DNA from: an uncultured Planctomycetales bacterium
GTDB taxonomy: Bacteria > Omnitrophota > Gorgyraeia > Gygaellales > Profunditerraquicolaceae
Direction: 5' to 3'
Assembly (NCBI GenBank): GCA_964645795.1
Contig: CAZYCL010000003.1
Span: 101,771-165,770, forward strand
Length of the DNA: 64,000 nucleotides
A program made the translations under genes and the position numbers. Positions 1-10,129 of this stretch are shown here, piece by piece. The notes beneath the pieces were generated by a model. That model saw only the letters and a program-made list of their open reading frames with translations, searched no databases and was not told where the DNA came from. The stretch's first letter is position 1. Every line of letters begins with the position of its first letter.

Positions 1-205
1 ATTTATCGCCTTTATCGCGATCTTTCCGGACCTGATTATGGCATGGCTGAAGATCCCGTATCTGGTGGCAAGCTTTTTCGGCGGCACCGGCATCCTTATC
101 GTTGTCGGCGTGATGCTTGATACCTTAAAACAGATCGAGAGCCATCTTTTGACCCATAATTACGAAGGGTTCATGAAGAGCGGCCACATCAGGGGAAGAA
201 GATAA
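1..205 (+). CDS. secY: Preprotein translocase SecY, C-terminal fragment (5' end lies outside the window)
   Basis: Frame 2 translates to ...[43 protein letters not shown], the conserved SecY C-terminus, with TAA at 203-205. It sits immediately upstream of adk as in spc operons. Confidence 0.85.
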   Translation, partial: FIAFIAIFPDLIMAWLKIPYLVASFFGGTGILIVVGVMLDTLKQIESHLLTHNYEGFMKSGHIRGRR

Positions 206-206
206 G

Positions 207-854
207 ATGAGGATGGTGCTTTTAGGGCCGCCCGGCGCGGGAAAAGGGACTCAAGCAAAGGTGCTTTCGTCAAGGCTGGAGCTCGCGCATATTTCTACAG
301 GAGACCTGCTAAGGCAGAACGTGAAAGATTCCAGCGACCTGGGCAGGGAAGCCAAGGGCTTTATGGATAAGGGGTTGTTGGTTCCCGATGAGCTTGTGGC
401 CAAGATGCTGGAAGAAAGGTTTTCGCGTCCCGATATAAAGCGCGGTTTCATACTTGACGGCTACCCCCGCAACCTTAACCAGGCCAAGACCCTCGAGGCA
501 ATGCTTAAAGATGCTGGTTCCGGTATTGATGCGGTAATATATCTGGACAGCAGCGAAAAGGTGATCATCCAGCGTTTAAGCGGCAGGCTGGTTTGCGGCT
601 CCTGCGGATTAAATTTTCATTCCACGAATATGCCGCCAAAGACGGCGGGGATCTGCGACAAGTGCGGCGGCAAGCTTTATCAGAGGAGCGACGATAAAGA
701 AGAAACGGTATTGAGGCGGCTGGAAGTGTACAGGAACGAGGTCGCTTCGCTCATAGATTATTACGAGAAAGAAAAGAAATTATACCGTATTTCGGCTGAT
801 AAAGACGCGGAAGTGGTCTTGAACGAGATTATGAGCCTGGCCGGGCGCTTTTGA
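207..854 (+). CDS. adk: Adenylate kinase with a zinc-binding lid (CGSCG...CDKCGG)
   Basis: 215 aa with the P-loop GPPGAGKGTQ and lid cysteines CxxC...CxxC. Canonical secY-adk-map order. Confidence 0.95.
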   Translation: MRMVLLGPPGAGKGTQAKVLSSRLELAHISTGDLLRQNVKDSSDLGREAKGFMDKGLLVPDELVAKMLEERFSRPDIKRGFILDGYPRNLNQAKTLEAMLKDAGSGIDAVIYLDSSEKVIIQRLSGRLVCGSCGLNFHSTNMPPKTAGICDKCGGKLYQRSDDKEETVLRRLEVYRNEVASLIDYYEKEKKLYRISADKDAEVVLNEIMSLAGRF

Positions 855-1597
855 TGATACCGTTAAAAACCGAGAACGACCTTATAGCCCTAAGAAGATC
901 GGGAGCGATTCTGGCCGAGGCCCTAGAGAAGCTTAAGAGCCAGGTCGTTCCAGGGATAATGACCCTGGAGCTCGACCAGCAGGCAGAAGCATTTATAACC
1001 AAAAAGGGGGCAATACCGGCTTTTAAAGGTTATAAAGGGTATCCTGCCTCTATTTGCGCTTCGGTAAACGAAGAGATCGTTCACGGCATACCCGGCAGAC
1101 GCAGGCTCAAAAACGGCGATATTATCAGTATTGACGTTGGGGTGAACCTCAACGGATATTTTACGGATGCCGCCGTGACGCTGGCGGTGGGAAAAATCAC
1201 TGAGCAGTTGGAAAGGCTAATAGAAGTCACTAAGGGCGCGCTTTGCGAAGGCATCGCCAAACTCGTTAAAGATGAGCACCTTTCCGATATATCGGCCTGC
1301 ATCCAGTCTTTCGTGGAGAAGAACGGGTTCTCCGTGGTAAGGCAGTTCGTGGGTCACGGTGTGGGTTTTGACCTTCATGAAGAGCCGGAGATCCCTAATT
1401 TCGGCAAACCCGGCGAAGGGCCGATGCTCAAGCCCGGGATGGTCCTGGCCATCGAGCCGATGGTAAACCTCGGTAGCGGCGAGTGCGAAATATTGGAGAA
1501 CGGCTGGACGGCGGTTACGCTCGACAGGCTTGCCTCGGCTCACTTTGAGCATACGGTTGCCATTACTGAGCGCGGGCCGGAGATACTGACCGCTTAA
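851..1597 (+). CDS. map: Methionine aminopeptidase type I
   Basis: 248 aa. M24 fold motifs are present (HGIPG, DVG..NGYFTD, FVGHGVG, EPM). There is an ATGA overlap with adk. Confidence 0.93.
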   Translation: MMIPLKTENDLIALRRSGAILAEALEKLKSQVVPGIMTLELDQQAEAFITKKGAIPAFKGYKGYPASICASVNEEIVHGIPGRRRLKNGDIISIDVGVNLNGYFTDAAVTLAVGKITEQLERLIEVTKGALCEGIAKLVKDEHLSDISACIQSFVEKNGFSVVRQFVGHGVGFDLHEEPEIPNFGKPGEGPMLKPGMVLAIEPMVNLGSGECEILENGWTAVTLDRLASAHFEHTVAITERGPEILTA

Positions 1598-1609
1598 AAA
1601 AGAGGATTT

Positions 1610-1828
1610 ATGGCGAAAGAAGAGCTGATAGAGACTGAGGGCAAGATAGTCGAAGCCCTGCCAAATGCCATGTTCAAGGTAGAGCTTGAGAACGGCCACA
1701 TTGTCCTGGCGCACGTATCGGGCAAGATGCGCATGAACTTTATCAGGATACTTCCGGGAGACAAGGTAAAACTGGAGCTTTCTCCGTATGACCTATCAAG
1801 GGGCAGGATTACATTCAGGGTAAAATAA
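1610..1828 (+). CDS. infA: Translation initiation factor IF-1
   Basis: 72 aa S1-like protein ([29 protein letters not shown]...) with an AGAGGA RBS upstream. Confidence 0.95.
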   Translation: MAKEELIETEGKIVEALPNAMFKVELENGHIVLAHVSGKMRMNFIRILPGDKVKLELSPYDLSRGRITFRVK

Positions 1829-1829
1829 T

Positions 1830-1943
1830 ATGAAAGTCAGATCGTCAATAAGAAAAATTTGCGATAAGTGCAAGATAATCAGAAGAAGAGGGATTGTCAG
1901 GGTAATCTGCAGCAATCCCAAGCATAAACAGAAGCAGGGTTAA
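1830..1943 (+). CDS. rpmJ: 50S ribosomal protein L36
   Basis: Not in the ORF track because it is only 37 aa. ATG at 1830 gives [37 protein letters not shown], the classic zinc-ribbon L36 (C..C...C..H), in its canonical slot between infA and rpsM. Confidence 0.9.
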   Translation: MKVRSSIRKICDKCKIIRRRGIVRVICSNPKHKQKQG

Positions 1944-1973
1944 TCCGGCTTTATAGCGCAACGGGAGAATAAT

Positions 1974-2384
1974 ATGCCAAGAATCCTGGGTGTGGATATA
2001 CCTAAAGAAAAGAGGATGGAGATCGCCCTTACTTATCTTTACGGGGTAGGCAGGTTTTTGTCCAACAAGATCCTGCGGGAGGCCAATATCAGTCCCGATA
2101 AGAGGGCCAAGGAGCTTAATGAAGAGGAGATATCCCGCATTACAAATATACTTCAGAAGAGCAGCTTTAAGATCGAGGGTGACCTGCGCCGGGAGGTATC
2201 ACAGAACATAAAGCGCCTGATGGATATAGGCGCCTGGCGGGGCTTGCGCCATAAAAAGGGTCTTCCTGTGAGAGGCCAGCGTACCAAGACCAACGCCAGG
2301 ACCAGGAAAGGCCCGCGTAAAGGCGGCAGCGCGGTGATCAAAAGGGCCGAGCCTGCCAAGGCTGCACCGAAAGCGGCTAAGTAA
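1974..2384 (+). CDS. rpsM: 30S ribosomal protein S13, with a short Ala/Lys-rich C-terminal extension
   Basis: 136 aa, [26 protein letters not shown]... is a typical S13 N-terminus. Confidence 0.95.
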   Translation: MPRILGVDIPKEKRMEIALTYLYGVGRFLSNKILREANISPDKRAKELNEEEISRITNILQKSSFKIEGDLRREVSQNIKRLMDIGAWRGLRHKKGLPVRGQRTKTNARTRKGPRKGGSAVIKRAEPAKAAPKAAK

Positions 2385-2398
2385 CCAAAGGGGAGAAG

Positions 2399-2788
2399 AT
2401 GGCGACTAAAGAAAAAGCTAAGAAGAAAAAGCTGGCAAGAGGCGTCACCAGCGGCATCGCGCATATCCAGGCCAGTTTTAACAATACAATAATTACCATA
2501 ACCGATAAGCAGGGCAACGTACTGGTATGGTCGGCCCCCGGCATCGTCGGATACAGCGGTTCAAAAAAATCCACTCCGTTTGCAGCACAGGTTGCGGCAA
2601 CGGACGCCGCCAGGAAAGCCAAGGAAATAGGCATGAAAGAAGTTGAGGTCTGCGTTAAGGGGCCGGGGTTTGGCAGGGAATCAGCCATAAGGGCCCTGCA
2701 GGCATCGGGCCTGACCATTACATCCATCAAGGACGTCACGCCTATTCCTCATAACGGCTGCCGCCCAAAGAAGAAAAGGAGAGTTTAA
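2399..2788 (+). CDS. rpsK: 30S ribosomal protein S11
   Basis: 129 aa with typical S11 motifs (...[24 protein letters not shown]). Confidence 0.95.
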   Translation: MATKEKAKKKKLARGVTSGIAHIQASFNNTIITITDKQGNVLVWSAPGIVGYSGSKKSTPFAAQVAATDAARKAKEIGMKEVEVCVKGPGFGRESAIRALQASGLTITSIKDVTPIPHNGCRPKKKRRV

Positions 2789-2791
2789 TAA

Positions 2792-3418
2792 ATGGCTCGT
2801 TACACTGAAGCCGTCTGTAGGCTTTGCCGGCGGGAAGGTCAGAAGCTGTTCCTTAAGGGCATTAGGTGCAACAGCGAGAAGTGCGCCCTGGCAAAGCGCG
2901 CATACGCGCCCGGCCAGCACGGAAAGAACAAATCTAAATTATCCAATTACGGACTTCAGCTGAGGGAAAAGCAGAAAGTCAAGCGTATGTACGGGGTGCT
3001 TGAAAGGCAGTTCCGCAAGTACTTTAAGATCGCTTCGAAGTCAAAAGGGGTCACCGGCAAGATGCTCCTGCAGCTTTTGGAGAGGCGGCTGGATAACGTC
3101 ATATTCAGGCTGGGGCTGGCTACTTCCAGGTCGCAGGCCAGGCAGGTCGTGCGCCATAACATGGTAACGGTTAACTCAAAGCGGGTCAATATCCCTTCTT
3201 TTCAGGTCGATACGGAAGATTTGGTAAAGCTAAAAGTCAAAGAAAAAGGCCTCAAGAAGATCAAAGAGAACCTTGAGCTCTCCAAGGACCGCAGCGTGCC
3301 GACATGGCTGGAGTTTGACGCCGCTAATTTATCGGCCACGGTAAAAAGGCTTCCGGAGAAGGATGATATCGAGCATCTTATTAACGAACAGCTGATCGTA
3401 GAACTGTATTCAAAATAA
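2792..3418 (+). CDS. rpsD: 30S ribosomal protein S4
   Basis: 208 aa. N-terminal zinc-finger-like CRLCRREG...C, and an S4 RNA-binding domain. Confidence 0.95.
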   Translation: MARYTEAVCRLCRREGQKLFLKGIRCNSEKCALAKRAYAPGQHGKNKSKLSNYGLQLREKQKVKRMYGVLERQFRKYFKIASKSKGVTGKMLLQLLERRLDNVIFRLGLATSRSQARQVVRHNMVTVNSKRVNIPSFQVDTEDLVKLKVKEKGLKKIKENLELSKDRSVPTWLEFDAANLSATVKRLPEKDDIEHLINEQLIVELYSK

Positions 3419-3464
3419 GCACATAGATTTACCATCCGCTATAATCAATCATTAGGGGGAGAAC

Positions 3465-4457
3465 ATGGGAATAAAATGGAAGGATTTTCAGTTACCTAAA
3501 AGGCTGGAATGCGACGAGTCTAGTTATACGGATACTTACGGCAAGTTTTCCGCGGCTCCTTTTGAAAGAGGTTACGGCGTTACGCTCGGTAACTCGCTCA
3601 GGCGCGTGCTGCTTTCTTCGATCGAAGGCTCTGCCGTGACTTCCGTTAAGATTTCCGGAGTCCAGCATGAGTTTTCAAGCATCCCGGGTGTCCTGGAAGA
3701 AGTCCCCGAGATCATCCTCAACGTTAAAAGCCTGATCATCAACTCGCACTCCAAGATACCCAAGTCCATATTCGTAAAACGCGACACTAAGGGCGAAGTC
3801 AGGGCCAAGGATATAGAGCTTGATGAGACCGTCGAGATCATCAATCCCGACCTGCATATCGCCACTCTTACCAAAGACACGAAGTTTGCCATGGAGATGG
3901 AAGTCGGCCGCGGCAGAGGTTATGTGCCCGCCGAGTCGAATAAAAAGGAAGAACAGGTAGCCGGCGACATACCGATCGATGCGGTTTTCACACCGGTAAA
4001 AAATGTTAGTTTTTACGTCGAGAATACCAGGGTCGGACAAAGGACGGATTATGACAAGCTGATATTCGAGATACGCACCAACGGCTCGATCACCCCAAAG
4101 GACGCTCTGCTTTATGCATCCAATATCCTGCAAAGACACCTGGATATATTCGTCAACTTCGGACAGCTTCCGGAAGACCTCATAGGCGAAGAGGTAGAGA
4201 TGACCAAGGAGGAGGTAGCGCTTTACGAGAAGCTCAGGCTTCCTATTTCGGAGCTTGAATTATCCGTGCGCAGTTCAAACTGCCTGAGAGAGGCCAGCAT
4301 CAAGACGATCTCGGAGTTGGTGAGAAAGACGGAAGACGAGATGCTGGGCTTTAAGAACTTCGGGAAAAAATCCCTGACCGAGATAAAAGAGCTGCTTGCC
4401 GGCATGGGGTTGGGCCTGGGGATGCAGGTAGACCCTAAAAAATTAAAGAAAGTCTGA
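3465..4457 (+). CDS. rpoA: DNA-directed RNA polymerase alpha subunit
   Basis: 330 aa with an N-terminal dimerisation domain and a C-terminal alpha-CTD (LSVRSSNCL...IKTISEL). It sits between rpsD and rplQ. Confidence 0.95.
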   Translation: MGIKWKDFQLPKRLECDESSYTDTYGKFSAAPFERGYGVTLGNSLRRVLLSSIEGSAVTSVKISGVQHEFSSIPGVLEEVPEIILNVKSLIINSHSKIPKSIFVKRDTKGEVRAKDIELDETVEIINPDLHIATLTKDTKFAMEMEVGRGRGYVPAESNKKEEQVAGDIPIDAVFTPVKNVSFYVENTRVGQRTDYDKLIFEIRTNGSITPKDALLYASNILQRHLDIFVNFGQLPEDLIGEEVEMTKEEVALYEKLRLPISELELSVRSSNCLREASIKTISELVRKTEDEMLGFKNFGKKSLTEIKELLAGMGLGLGMQVDPKKLKKV

Positions 4458-4459
4458 TC

Positions 4460-5026
4460 ATGAGACATAGACTAAGACGACTAAAGTTGAACCGTTTTAC
4501 CAGCTGGCATACGGCCACGATAAAAAGTCTTTGCAGGAGCCTTATCCTGAATCAAAGCATCAGGACTACCCTTGCAAAGGCCAAGGCTTCAAGGGGCCAG
4601 GCTGAGCGGCTTATCTCTATGGCCAAAACCAATACCCTCGCATCCAGGAGGCGGGCCTTCAGTATCCTGGGAGACCATAGCCTGGTGCGTTTATTATTTC
4701 AAGAGATAGGCCCGCGTTTCAAGGAAAGGCCCGGAGGCTTTACCAGGATAATACCGCTGGGGGCGCGCAGAGGCGACGGCGCCACCATGGTTATTCTGGA
4801 GTTGACCGAGATAAAGAAAAAAGAGCCGTCTAAGAAAGCAAAAAAAGAAGCCAAGCCTTCAGCGGACGACACCCACCAGAAGCCCGAAGCGGCCAAGGGC
4901 GAAGGAGCAAAACCGAAGGAAACAAGGCAGGCGGCGCACGAAGAAAGGGCTGAGCCCAAGAAGCCATCAAAGAAGTTCCTCGGCGGCATCAGAAAGATAT
5001 TCAAAAAAGAGAGGGACTCCCTATAA
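4460..5026 (+). CDS. rplQ: 50S ribosomal protein L17 with a ~65 aa lysine/alanine/glutamate-rich C-terminal tail
   Basis: The L17 core is residues ~1-120 (GRAERLISMAKT...FTRIIPLGARRGDGA). A histone-H1-like KKEPSKKAKKEAKPS...PKKPSKKF tail follows. Confidence 0.9.
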   Translation: MRHRLRRLKLNRFTSWHTATIKSLCRSLILNQSIRTTLAKAKASRGQAERLISMAKTNTLASRRRAFSILGDHSLVRLLFQEIGPRFKERPGGFTRIIPLGARRGDGATMVILELTEIKKKEPSKKAKKEAKPSADDTHQKPEAAKGEGAKPKETRQAAHEERAEPKKPSKKFLGGIRKIFKKERDSL

Positions 5027-5032
5027 AAAACA

Positions 5033-6202
5033 ATGCGCACAAGACTGGCAGGCAGATTAAAGGAGCTGAAGCCTTCTTCGACCCTACGGATAACCTCCAA
5101 AGCCAGGAGATTGAAAGCCGAAGGCCGCGACATCGTAAATCTATCTGCGGGTGAGCCGGACTTCGACACCCCGGATTTCATAAAGCAGGCAGCGGTCAAA
5201 TCCATAAACAGCGGCTTTACCAAATACACCCCATCCACCGGCACCGCCGAACTAAAAAATCTTATCAGCGAAAAGTTCAAGTCCGACAACGGCCTTGAAT
5301 ACTCACCCAGCCAGATAATCGTATCGTGCGGGGCAAAGCACAGCATATTTAATGCGATGCTCGCCCTGATAAATGAGGGAGACGAAGTGCTCATACCTTC
5401 GCCTTACTGGGTAAGTTACCCCGAGATGACGAATCTGTGCTTGGGGGCCAACCGTTTTATTAAGACCGAACCAGAAAACAACTTTAAGCTTACCCCCAGA
5501 CAGCTTGAGAAGAGCATCGGCACAAACTCCAAGCTCCTTATCATAAACTCACCCTCCAATCCTTGCGGCTGCGTTTACAGCCAGAGCGAACTGGCCGACA
5601 TTGCCAGGATATGCTCGGAGAGAAAATTATTCGTCATTAGCGACGAGATATATGAGAAGATCATCTTTGACGGCCTCAAGCATTCCTCTATCGCCTCTTT
5701 CGGCAAAGAGATCTACGACCTGACTATTACCGTAAACGGCCTCTCCAAGAGCTTTTCAATGACCGGCTGGAGGATAGGGTATCTGGGCGCGCCTGCCGAG
5801 ATCGCCGAGGCAATTTCCAGGATACAGGACCACACCACATCCAACCCCACATCCATATCGCAGAAGGCTGCGGAAGCGGCTTTGTCAGGCCCAAAGGATT
5901 TCATGGAGAAGGCGCGTAAGGAGTTTGAGGAGAGAAGGGATTTTATGATCCGCGGGCTCAAAGAGGTTAAAGGCATGAAACCAGTGCTTCCTCAAGGCGC
6001 TTTTTACATATTTGCCGATATTTCGGCAACGGGGCTTGGCTCGGTCGATTTAGCAAACAGGCTGCTTGAAGAAGGCGGAGTCAGCGTTATTCCGGGAGAT
6101 GGTTTCGGTATGGACGATTATATAAGGATAAGTTTTGCCAATTCCAAGGAGCAGTTAGCCAGGGCCATGGATAAGCTCAAGGCATGGTTTAATAACTTAT
6201 AA
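5033..6202 (+). CDS. Class I/II PLP-dependent aminotransferase (aspartate/aromatic aminotransferase family)
   Basis: 389 aa with the PLP-lysine motif SKSFSMTGWRIGY and an N-terminal LSAGEPDF. Confidence 0.85.
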   Translation: MRTRLAGRLKELKPSSTLRITSKARRLKAEGRDIVNLSAGEPDFDTPDFIKQAAVKSINSGFTKYTPSTGTAELKNLISEKFKSDNGLEYSPSQIIVSCGAKHSIFNAMLALINEGDEVLIPSPYWVSYPEMTNLCLGANRFIKTEPENNFKLTPRQLEKSIGTNSKLLIINSPSNPCGCVYSQSELADIARICSERKLFVISDEIYEKIIFDGLKHSSIASFGKEIYDLTITVNGLSKSFSMTGWRIGYLGAPAEIAEAISRIQDHTTSNPTSISQKAAEAALSGPKDFMEKARKEFEERRDFMIRGLKEVKGMKPVLPQGAFYIFADISATGLGSVDLANRLLEEGGVSVIPGDGFGMDDYIRISFANSKEQLARAMDKLKAWFNNL

Positions 6203-6204
6203 AT

Positions 6205-7458
6205 ATGGGAAAGACTATAGCGGAAAAGATATTAAGCGCTCACGCAGGCAAAGAGCTTAAGGCGGGTGATTTTGCGATATGCGGCGTGGATTTTGTATTC
6301 GGGCAGGACGGCACCTCCTCCATCATCATCGACCGGCTTAAGGACATGGGGATAAAAAAGCTGCATGCGGATTTCTCCATGGTCATCGACCACAGCTCGC
6401 CGTCTCCGAATGAAGGCGTATCACGGGTCCACAAGAAGATGAGGGATTTTAGCAAAGAGTTTAAGGCCGGGCTTTTTGATATAGGCTGCGGGGTTTGCCA
6501 TCAGGTGATACCGGAGGCAGGCAAGGCCGTGCCCGGGAGCCTTGTCCTGGGAGCCGATTCTCATACTTGCACCTACGGGGCGCTCGGTTCGTTTGCCACC
6601 GGCGTCGGTTCTACCGACCTGGCTATCGCTGCGGCAACAGGCAAGAACTGGTTTAAAGTCCCCGCCAGCTTCAAGATGATCATAAACGGAAAGCTGCCAA
6701 AGGGGGTTTATGCCAAAGACATCATCCTGCATGTTATCGGCAAGATCGGCGCCGACGCCGCCACTTATAAGGCGGTAGAGTTTAGCGGAAAGAGCATAGA
6801 GGCCCTTGATATGGACGGGCGTTTCACCATATGCAATATGCTTATTGAGATGGGCGCTAAGACCGGTTTTATGCCTGTTGATAAAAAGACCATCGATTGG
6901 CTGAGGCCCAGGGTCCATAAGGGCAGGAAGTTTTTGCCGGTGACAGCGGATAAGGACGCCGTTTATGAAAAGGTTTTCGAATTCGATGCCTCCAAGATCA
7001 AGCCGACGGTATCCATGCCTCATACCGTCGATAATACAATCACCGCGCAGAAACTCAAGAATGTGAGGGTCGATGAAGCTTTTATCGGGACCTGCACAAA
7101 TGCCAGGATATCGGACCTTAGGGTCGCATCCAGGATCCTTTCCGGCAAGCAGGCTGCCCCGTGGGTCAAACTTATCGTGGCACCGGCTTCCCGTGAAATA
7201 TACCTGGAGGCGATAAAGACAGGCCTGGTCGATACTTTTATTAAAGCGGGAGCGGCGATAGTCGCCCCGGGTTGCGGTCCCTGCGTTGGCACGCATAACG
7301 GGGTCCCGGCTGACGGCGAGAACGTGATCTCAACCGCCAACAGGAACTTTAAGGGGAGAATGGGCAACCCCAACGCGTTTATTTACCTGGCCAGTCCCGC
7401 TACCGTTGCTTCTTCGGCGATAAAGGGGTTTATCGCCGATCCCAGGAGTTATTTGTAA
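6205..7458 (+). CDS. leuC: 3-isopropylmalate/homoaconitate dehydratase large subunit, type 2 (aconitase family, LeuC-like)
   Basis: 417 aa with aconitase-family Fe-S cysteines (CGPCVGT...) and the short 'archaeal-type' length. Paired with a small subunit at 8519. Substrate (IPM, homoaconitate or cis-aconitate) cannot be fixed from sequence alone. Confidence 0.8.
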   Translation: MGKTIAEKILSAHAGKELKAGDFAICGVDFVFGQDGTSSIIIDRLKDMGIKKLHADFSMVIDHSSPSPNEGVSRVHKKMRDFSKEFKAGLFDIGCGVCHQVIPEAGKAVPGSLVLGADSHTCTYGALGSFATGVGSTDLAIAAATGKNWFKVPASFKMIINGKLPKGVYAKDIILHVIGKIGADAATYKAVEFSGKSIEALDMDGRFTICNMLIEMGAKTGFMPVDKKTIDWLRPRVHKGRKFLPVTADKDAVYEKVFEFDASKIKPTVSMPHTVDNTITAQKLKNVRVDEAFIGTCTNARISDLRVASRILSGKQAAPWVKLIVAPASREIYLEAIKTGLVDTFIKAGAAIVAPGCGPCVGTHNGVPADGENVISTANRNFKGRMGNPNAFIYLASPATVASSAIKGFIADPRSYL

Positions 7459-7475
7459 TAAACAAAGGAGGTTAG

Positions 7476-8522
7476 ATGGAGATGCATGAACTGTTGTCAC
7501 TGTGCATTCAGAAAGAGGCCTCTGATCTGCATTTAACGGAAAACGAGCCGCCGATCCTGCGTATCGACGGAAGATTGCACCGCACTACCCTGGCCCCCAT
7601 AGACAGGCAGAACCTTAAGAGGATGATCTACAGCATCCTTACCAGCTCCCAAAAGGAGATATTCGAAAGGGATATGGAGATAGACTTCTCCCTGGCCCTG
7701 CCGGAGTTGAACCGTTTCCGAGTGAATATCCACACGCAAAAGGGCAGCGTCGAAGCTGCCTTCAGGAAAGTACCCATTAAAATACCGTCCTTGGCTGAAC
7801 TGGGATTGCCGCCGATCGCCAGCGAACTGGCACGCAGACCCAATGGCCTGGTGCTTGTGACCGGGCCTACTGGTATGGGCAAGACCACGACATTAGCGGC
7901 GATGATCGACCTTATCAATAACGAAAAGGAGTGCCTGATCATCTCCATCGAAGACCCCATCGAGTTTATCTTCTCCAACAAGAAATCCGTGATCAAGCAA
8001 AGGGAGGTTTACTCCGATACCCGCAGCTTCGCCGAGGCCCTGAAGCGCGTATTAAGGCAGGACCCGAACGTGATCGTGGTCGGGGAGATGCGCGACCTTG
8101 AAACGATCTCGACCGCACTGACCGCGGCGGAGACCGGCCATCTGGTCCTGGCGACTCTGCATACGCCCGATGCCCCGCAGACGGTCGAGAGGATCATCGA
8201 TGTCTTTGCCCCTCATCAGCAGCAGCAGGTCAGGCTTCAACTGGGCAACTGTCTTCAGGGAGTGATCTCTCAGATACTGCTTCCTCATGCTTGCGGAAAA
8301 GGGCGGGTTTTGGCTACGGAGGTGATGGTCGGTACCCCGGGGGTGCGCAACCTTATCCGTGAGCAGGAAATAGAGCAGGTGCCGACCCTCATGCAGACGG
8401 GGTTCCAATACGGGATGAGGACGATGGATAAATCGTTGAAGGAGCTGCTCCAGAAGGAATTAATAAGCCTGGAAACGGCTATGTCAAAGGTCAAGAATCC
8501 GGAGGAGTTCAGGCAGCTATGA
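7476..8522 (+). CDS. pilT: Type IV pilus retraction ATPase PilT (twitching motility protein)
   Basis: 348 aa with Walker A GPTGMGKTTT, Walker B/Asp box (VIVVGEMRD) and PilT-type His box motifs. PilT-length, not PilB. Confidence 0.85.
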   Translation: MEMHELLSLCIQKEASDLHLTENEPPILRIDGRLHRTTLAPIDRQNLKRMIYSILTSSQKEIFERDMEIDFSLALPELNRFRVNIHTQKGSVEAAFRKVPIKIPSLAELGLPPIASELARRPNGLVLVTGPTGMGKTTTLAAMIDLINNEKECLIISIEDPIEFIFSNKKSVIKQREVYSDTRSFAEALKRVLRQDPNVIVVGEMRDLETISTALTAAETGHLVLATLHTPDAPQTVERIIDVFAPHQQQQVRLQLGNCLQGVISQILLPHACGKGRVLATEVMVGTPGVRNLIREQEIEQVPTLMQTGFQYGMRTMDKSLKELLQKELISLETAMSKVKNPEEFRQL

Positions 8523-9022
8523 TGCTTTCAGGCAAGTCTCTAAGGCTCGGTGACAATATCAATACGGATTTTATTATTTCAGGCAGGTACAAATTCTCCA
8601 TTACCGACATGAAAGAGCTGGCAAAGCATATCATGGAGGATATTGACCCGGCATTTCCCTCAAAGATCTCATTCGGCAGCTCCATAATCGTAGCGGGCAG
8701 CAACTTCGGCATGGGCTCAAGCCGTGAACAAGCGCCCCTGGTGATTAAGGAGGCGGGGATAGTGGCGGTAATCGCAAAGCAGTTCGCCAGGATATTTTAC
8801 CGAAATGGTTTTAATATAGGCCTGCCGCTGATCGAGGCCGATACCGATAAAATAGGCGAGTCCGATGAGCTGTCCATCGATCTTAGCGCAGGTTATATCT
8901 TTGACATCACCAAAGGCAGCAGGATAGAGATAAAGCCGTTTCCAAGATTCATGCAGGAGCTTTTAAGCGAAGGCGGCGTGGTCAGCTATTATAAGAAGTT
9001 TGCAAGGCTACCCCAAGTATAA
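8519..9022 (+). CDS. leuD: 3-isopropylmalate/homoaconitate dehydratase small subunit, type 2 (LeuD-like)
   Basis: 167 aa aconitase swivel-domain protein (GDNINTDFIISGRY...). ATGA overlap with pilT. Confidence 0.8.
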   Translation: MMLSGKSLRLGDNINTDFIISGRYKFSITDMKELAKHIMEDIDPAFPSKISFGSSIIVAGSNFGMGSSREQAPLVIKEAGIVAVIAKQFARIFYRNGFNIGLPLIEADTDKIGESDELSIDLSAGYIFDITKGSRIEIKPFPRFMQELLSEGGVVSYYKKFARLPQV

Positions 9023-9043
9023 ACCAGGAGTTTAGCGTATAAA

Positions 9044-10129
9044 ATGGCGCATAAAATAACCTTGATACCAGGAGACGGGATAGGGCCTGAAGTATCCGAG
9101 GCAGCGCGGTTGTGCATCGAGGCTACCGGGGTAAAGATTGACTGGGAACTCGCTTTGGCCGGCCAGGTCGCCCTGGAGAAAACCGGCAGCCTTCTTCCCG
9201 AGAGCACGCTTGAGTCGATAAGGAAGAATAAAGTCGCCCTTAAGGGGCCGATGACTACTCCTATTGGCACGGGTTTCAGATCAGTAAACGTGGCTATTAG
9301 GCATGCGCTTGATCTATACGCCTGCGTCAGGCCAGCAAAATCATGCCCAGGGACAAAAACGCTGTATAAGGATATAGACCTGGTGATCGTAAGGGAGAAC
9401 AGTGAAGACCTCTATGCGGGCATAGAGTTCGAGCAAGATTTGCCTGCGACAAGGGAGCTGATCTCTTTCATAGAAAAGTCGACCGATAAGAAGATCTTAC
9501 CGGATTCCGGAATATCCATTAAGCCGATCTCCAAATCCGCCTCCCGCAGGATCGTCCGTTTTGCTTTTGAGTACGCACTAAAAGAGGGGCGCAGGAAAGT
9601 TACCGCCATACATAAAGCCAACATAATGAAGTTTACCGACGGACTGTTCTCAAAAGCGGCAAAGGATGTAGCCAAAGAGTATGAGGGCAGGGTCGAGTTT
9701 GAAGAGGCATTGGTTGACAACATGGCCATGCAGCTGGTGCAAAAGCCGCATAAATATGACGTTCTGGTGCTGCCGAATTTATACGGAGACATACTTAGCG
9801 ACCTTTGCGCGGGTTTGGTGGGAGGCTTGGGCGTTGCCCCGGGCGCAAATATCGGCGACTCCATGGCGGTCTTTGAGGCGGTGCATGGTTCCGCCCCTAA
9901 GTACGCAGGGCAGGACAAAGTAAATCCCAGCGCGATGATACTTTCAGGCGCACTGATGCTAAGACATATCGGTGAAAAGGATGCGGCTTCAAAGCTTGAA
10001 AACGCGGTAAGAGAAGTCATCAAAAAATCAAAGTTTGTTACCTACGACCTTAAGCCTTCTCCTGCCGATCCTTCGGCGGCAGGGACAAAAGAAATGGCCC
10101 AGGCCATAATCAAGCAGATCAGAAAATGA
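9044..10129 (+). CDS. leuB: Isocitrate/3-isopropylmalate dehydrogenase family protein (LeuB/IDH/HICDH-like)
   Basis: 361 aa with family motifs ([19 protein letters not shown]). Length fits the IPMDH/NAD-IDH subfamily; specificity is uncertain. Confidence 0.75.
   Translation: MAHKITLIPGDGIGPEVSEAARLCIEATGVKIDWELALAGQVALEKTGSLLPESTLESIRKNKVALKGPMTTPIGTGFRSVNVAIRHALDLYACVRPAKSCPGTKTLYKDIDLVIVRENSEDLYAGIEFEQDLPATRELISFIEKSTDKKILPDSGISIKPISKSASRRIVRFAFEYALKEGRRKVTAIHKANIMKFTDGLFSKAAKDVAKEYEGRVEFEEALVDNMAMQLVQKPHKYDVLVLPNLYGDILSDLCAGLVGGLGVAPGANIGDSMAVFEAVHGSAPKYAGQDKVNPSAMILSGALMLRHIGEKDAASKLENAVREVIKKSKFVTYDLKPSPADPSAAGTKEMAQAIIKQIRK

Noticed and set aside
1217-1714. 165-aa minus-strand ORF, and many similar antisense ORFs: 3675-4139, 4699-5394, 6421-7296, 9412-10023, 13568-14329, 29515-30111, 42240-42839, 43054-43641, 62560-63387, and others.
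   Set aside because: Each lies wholly inside a well-supported plus-strand gene with clear family motifs. None has an RBS or any recognisable domain. They are shadow ORFs.
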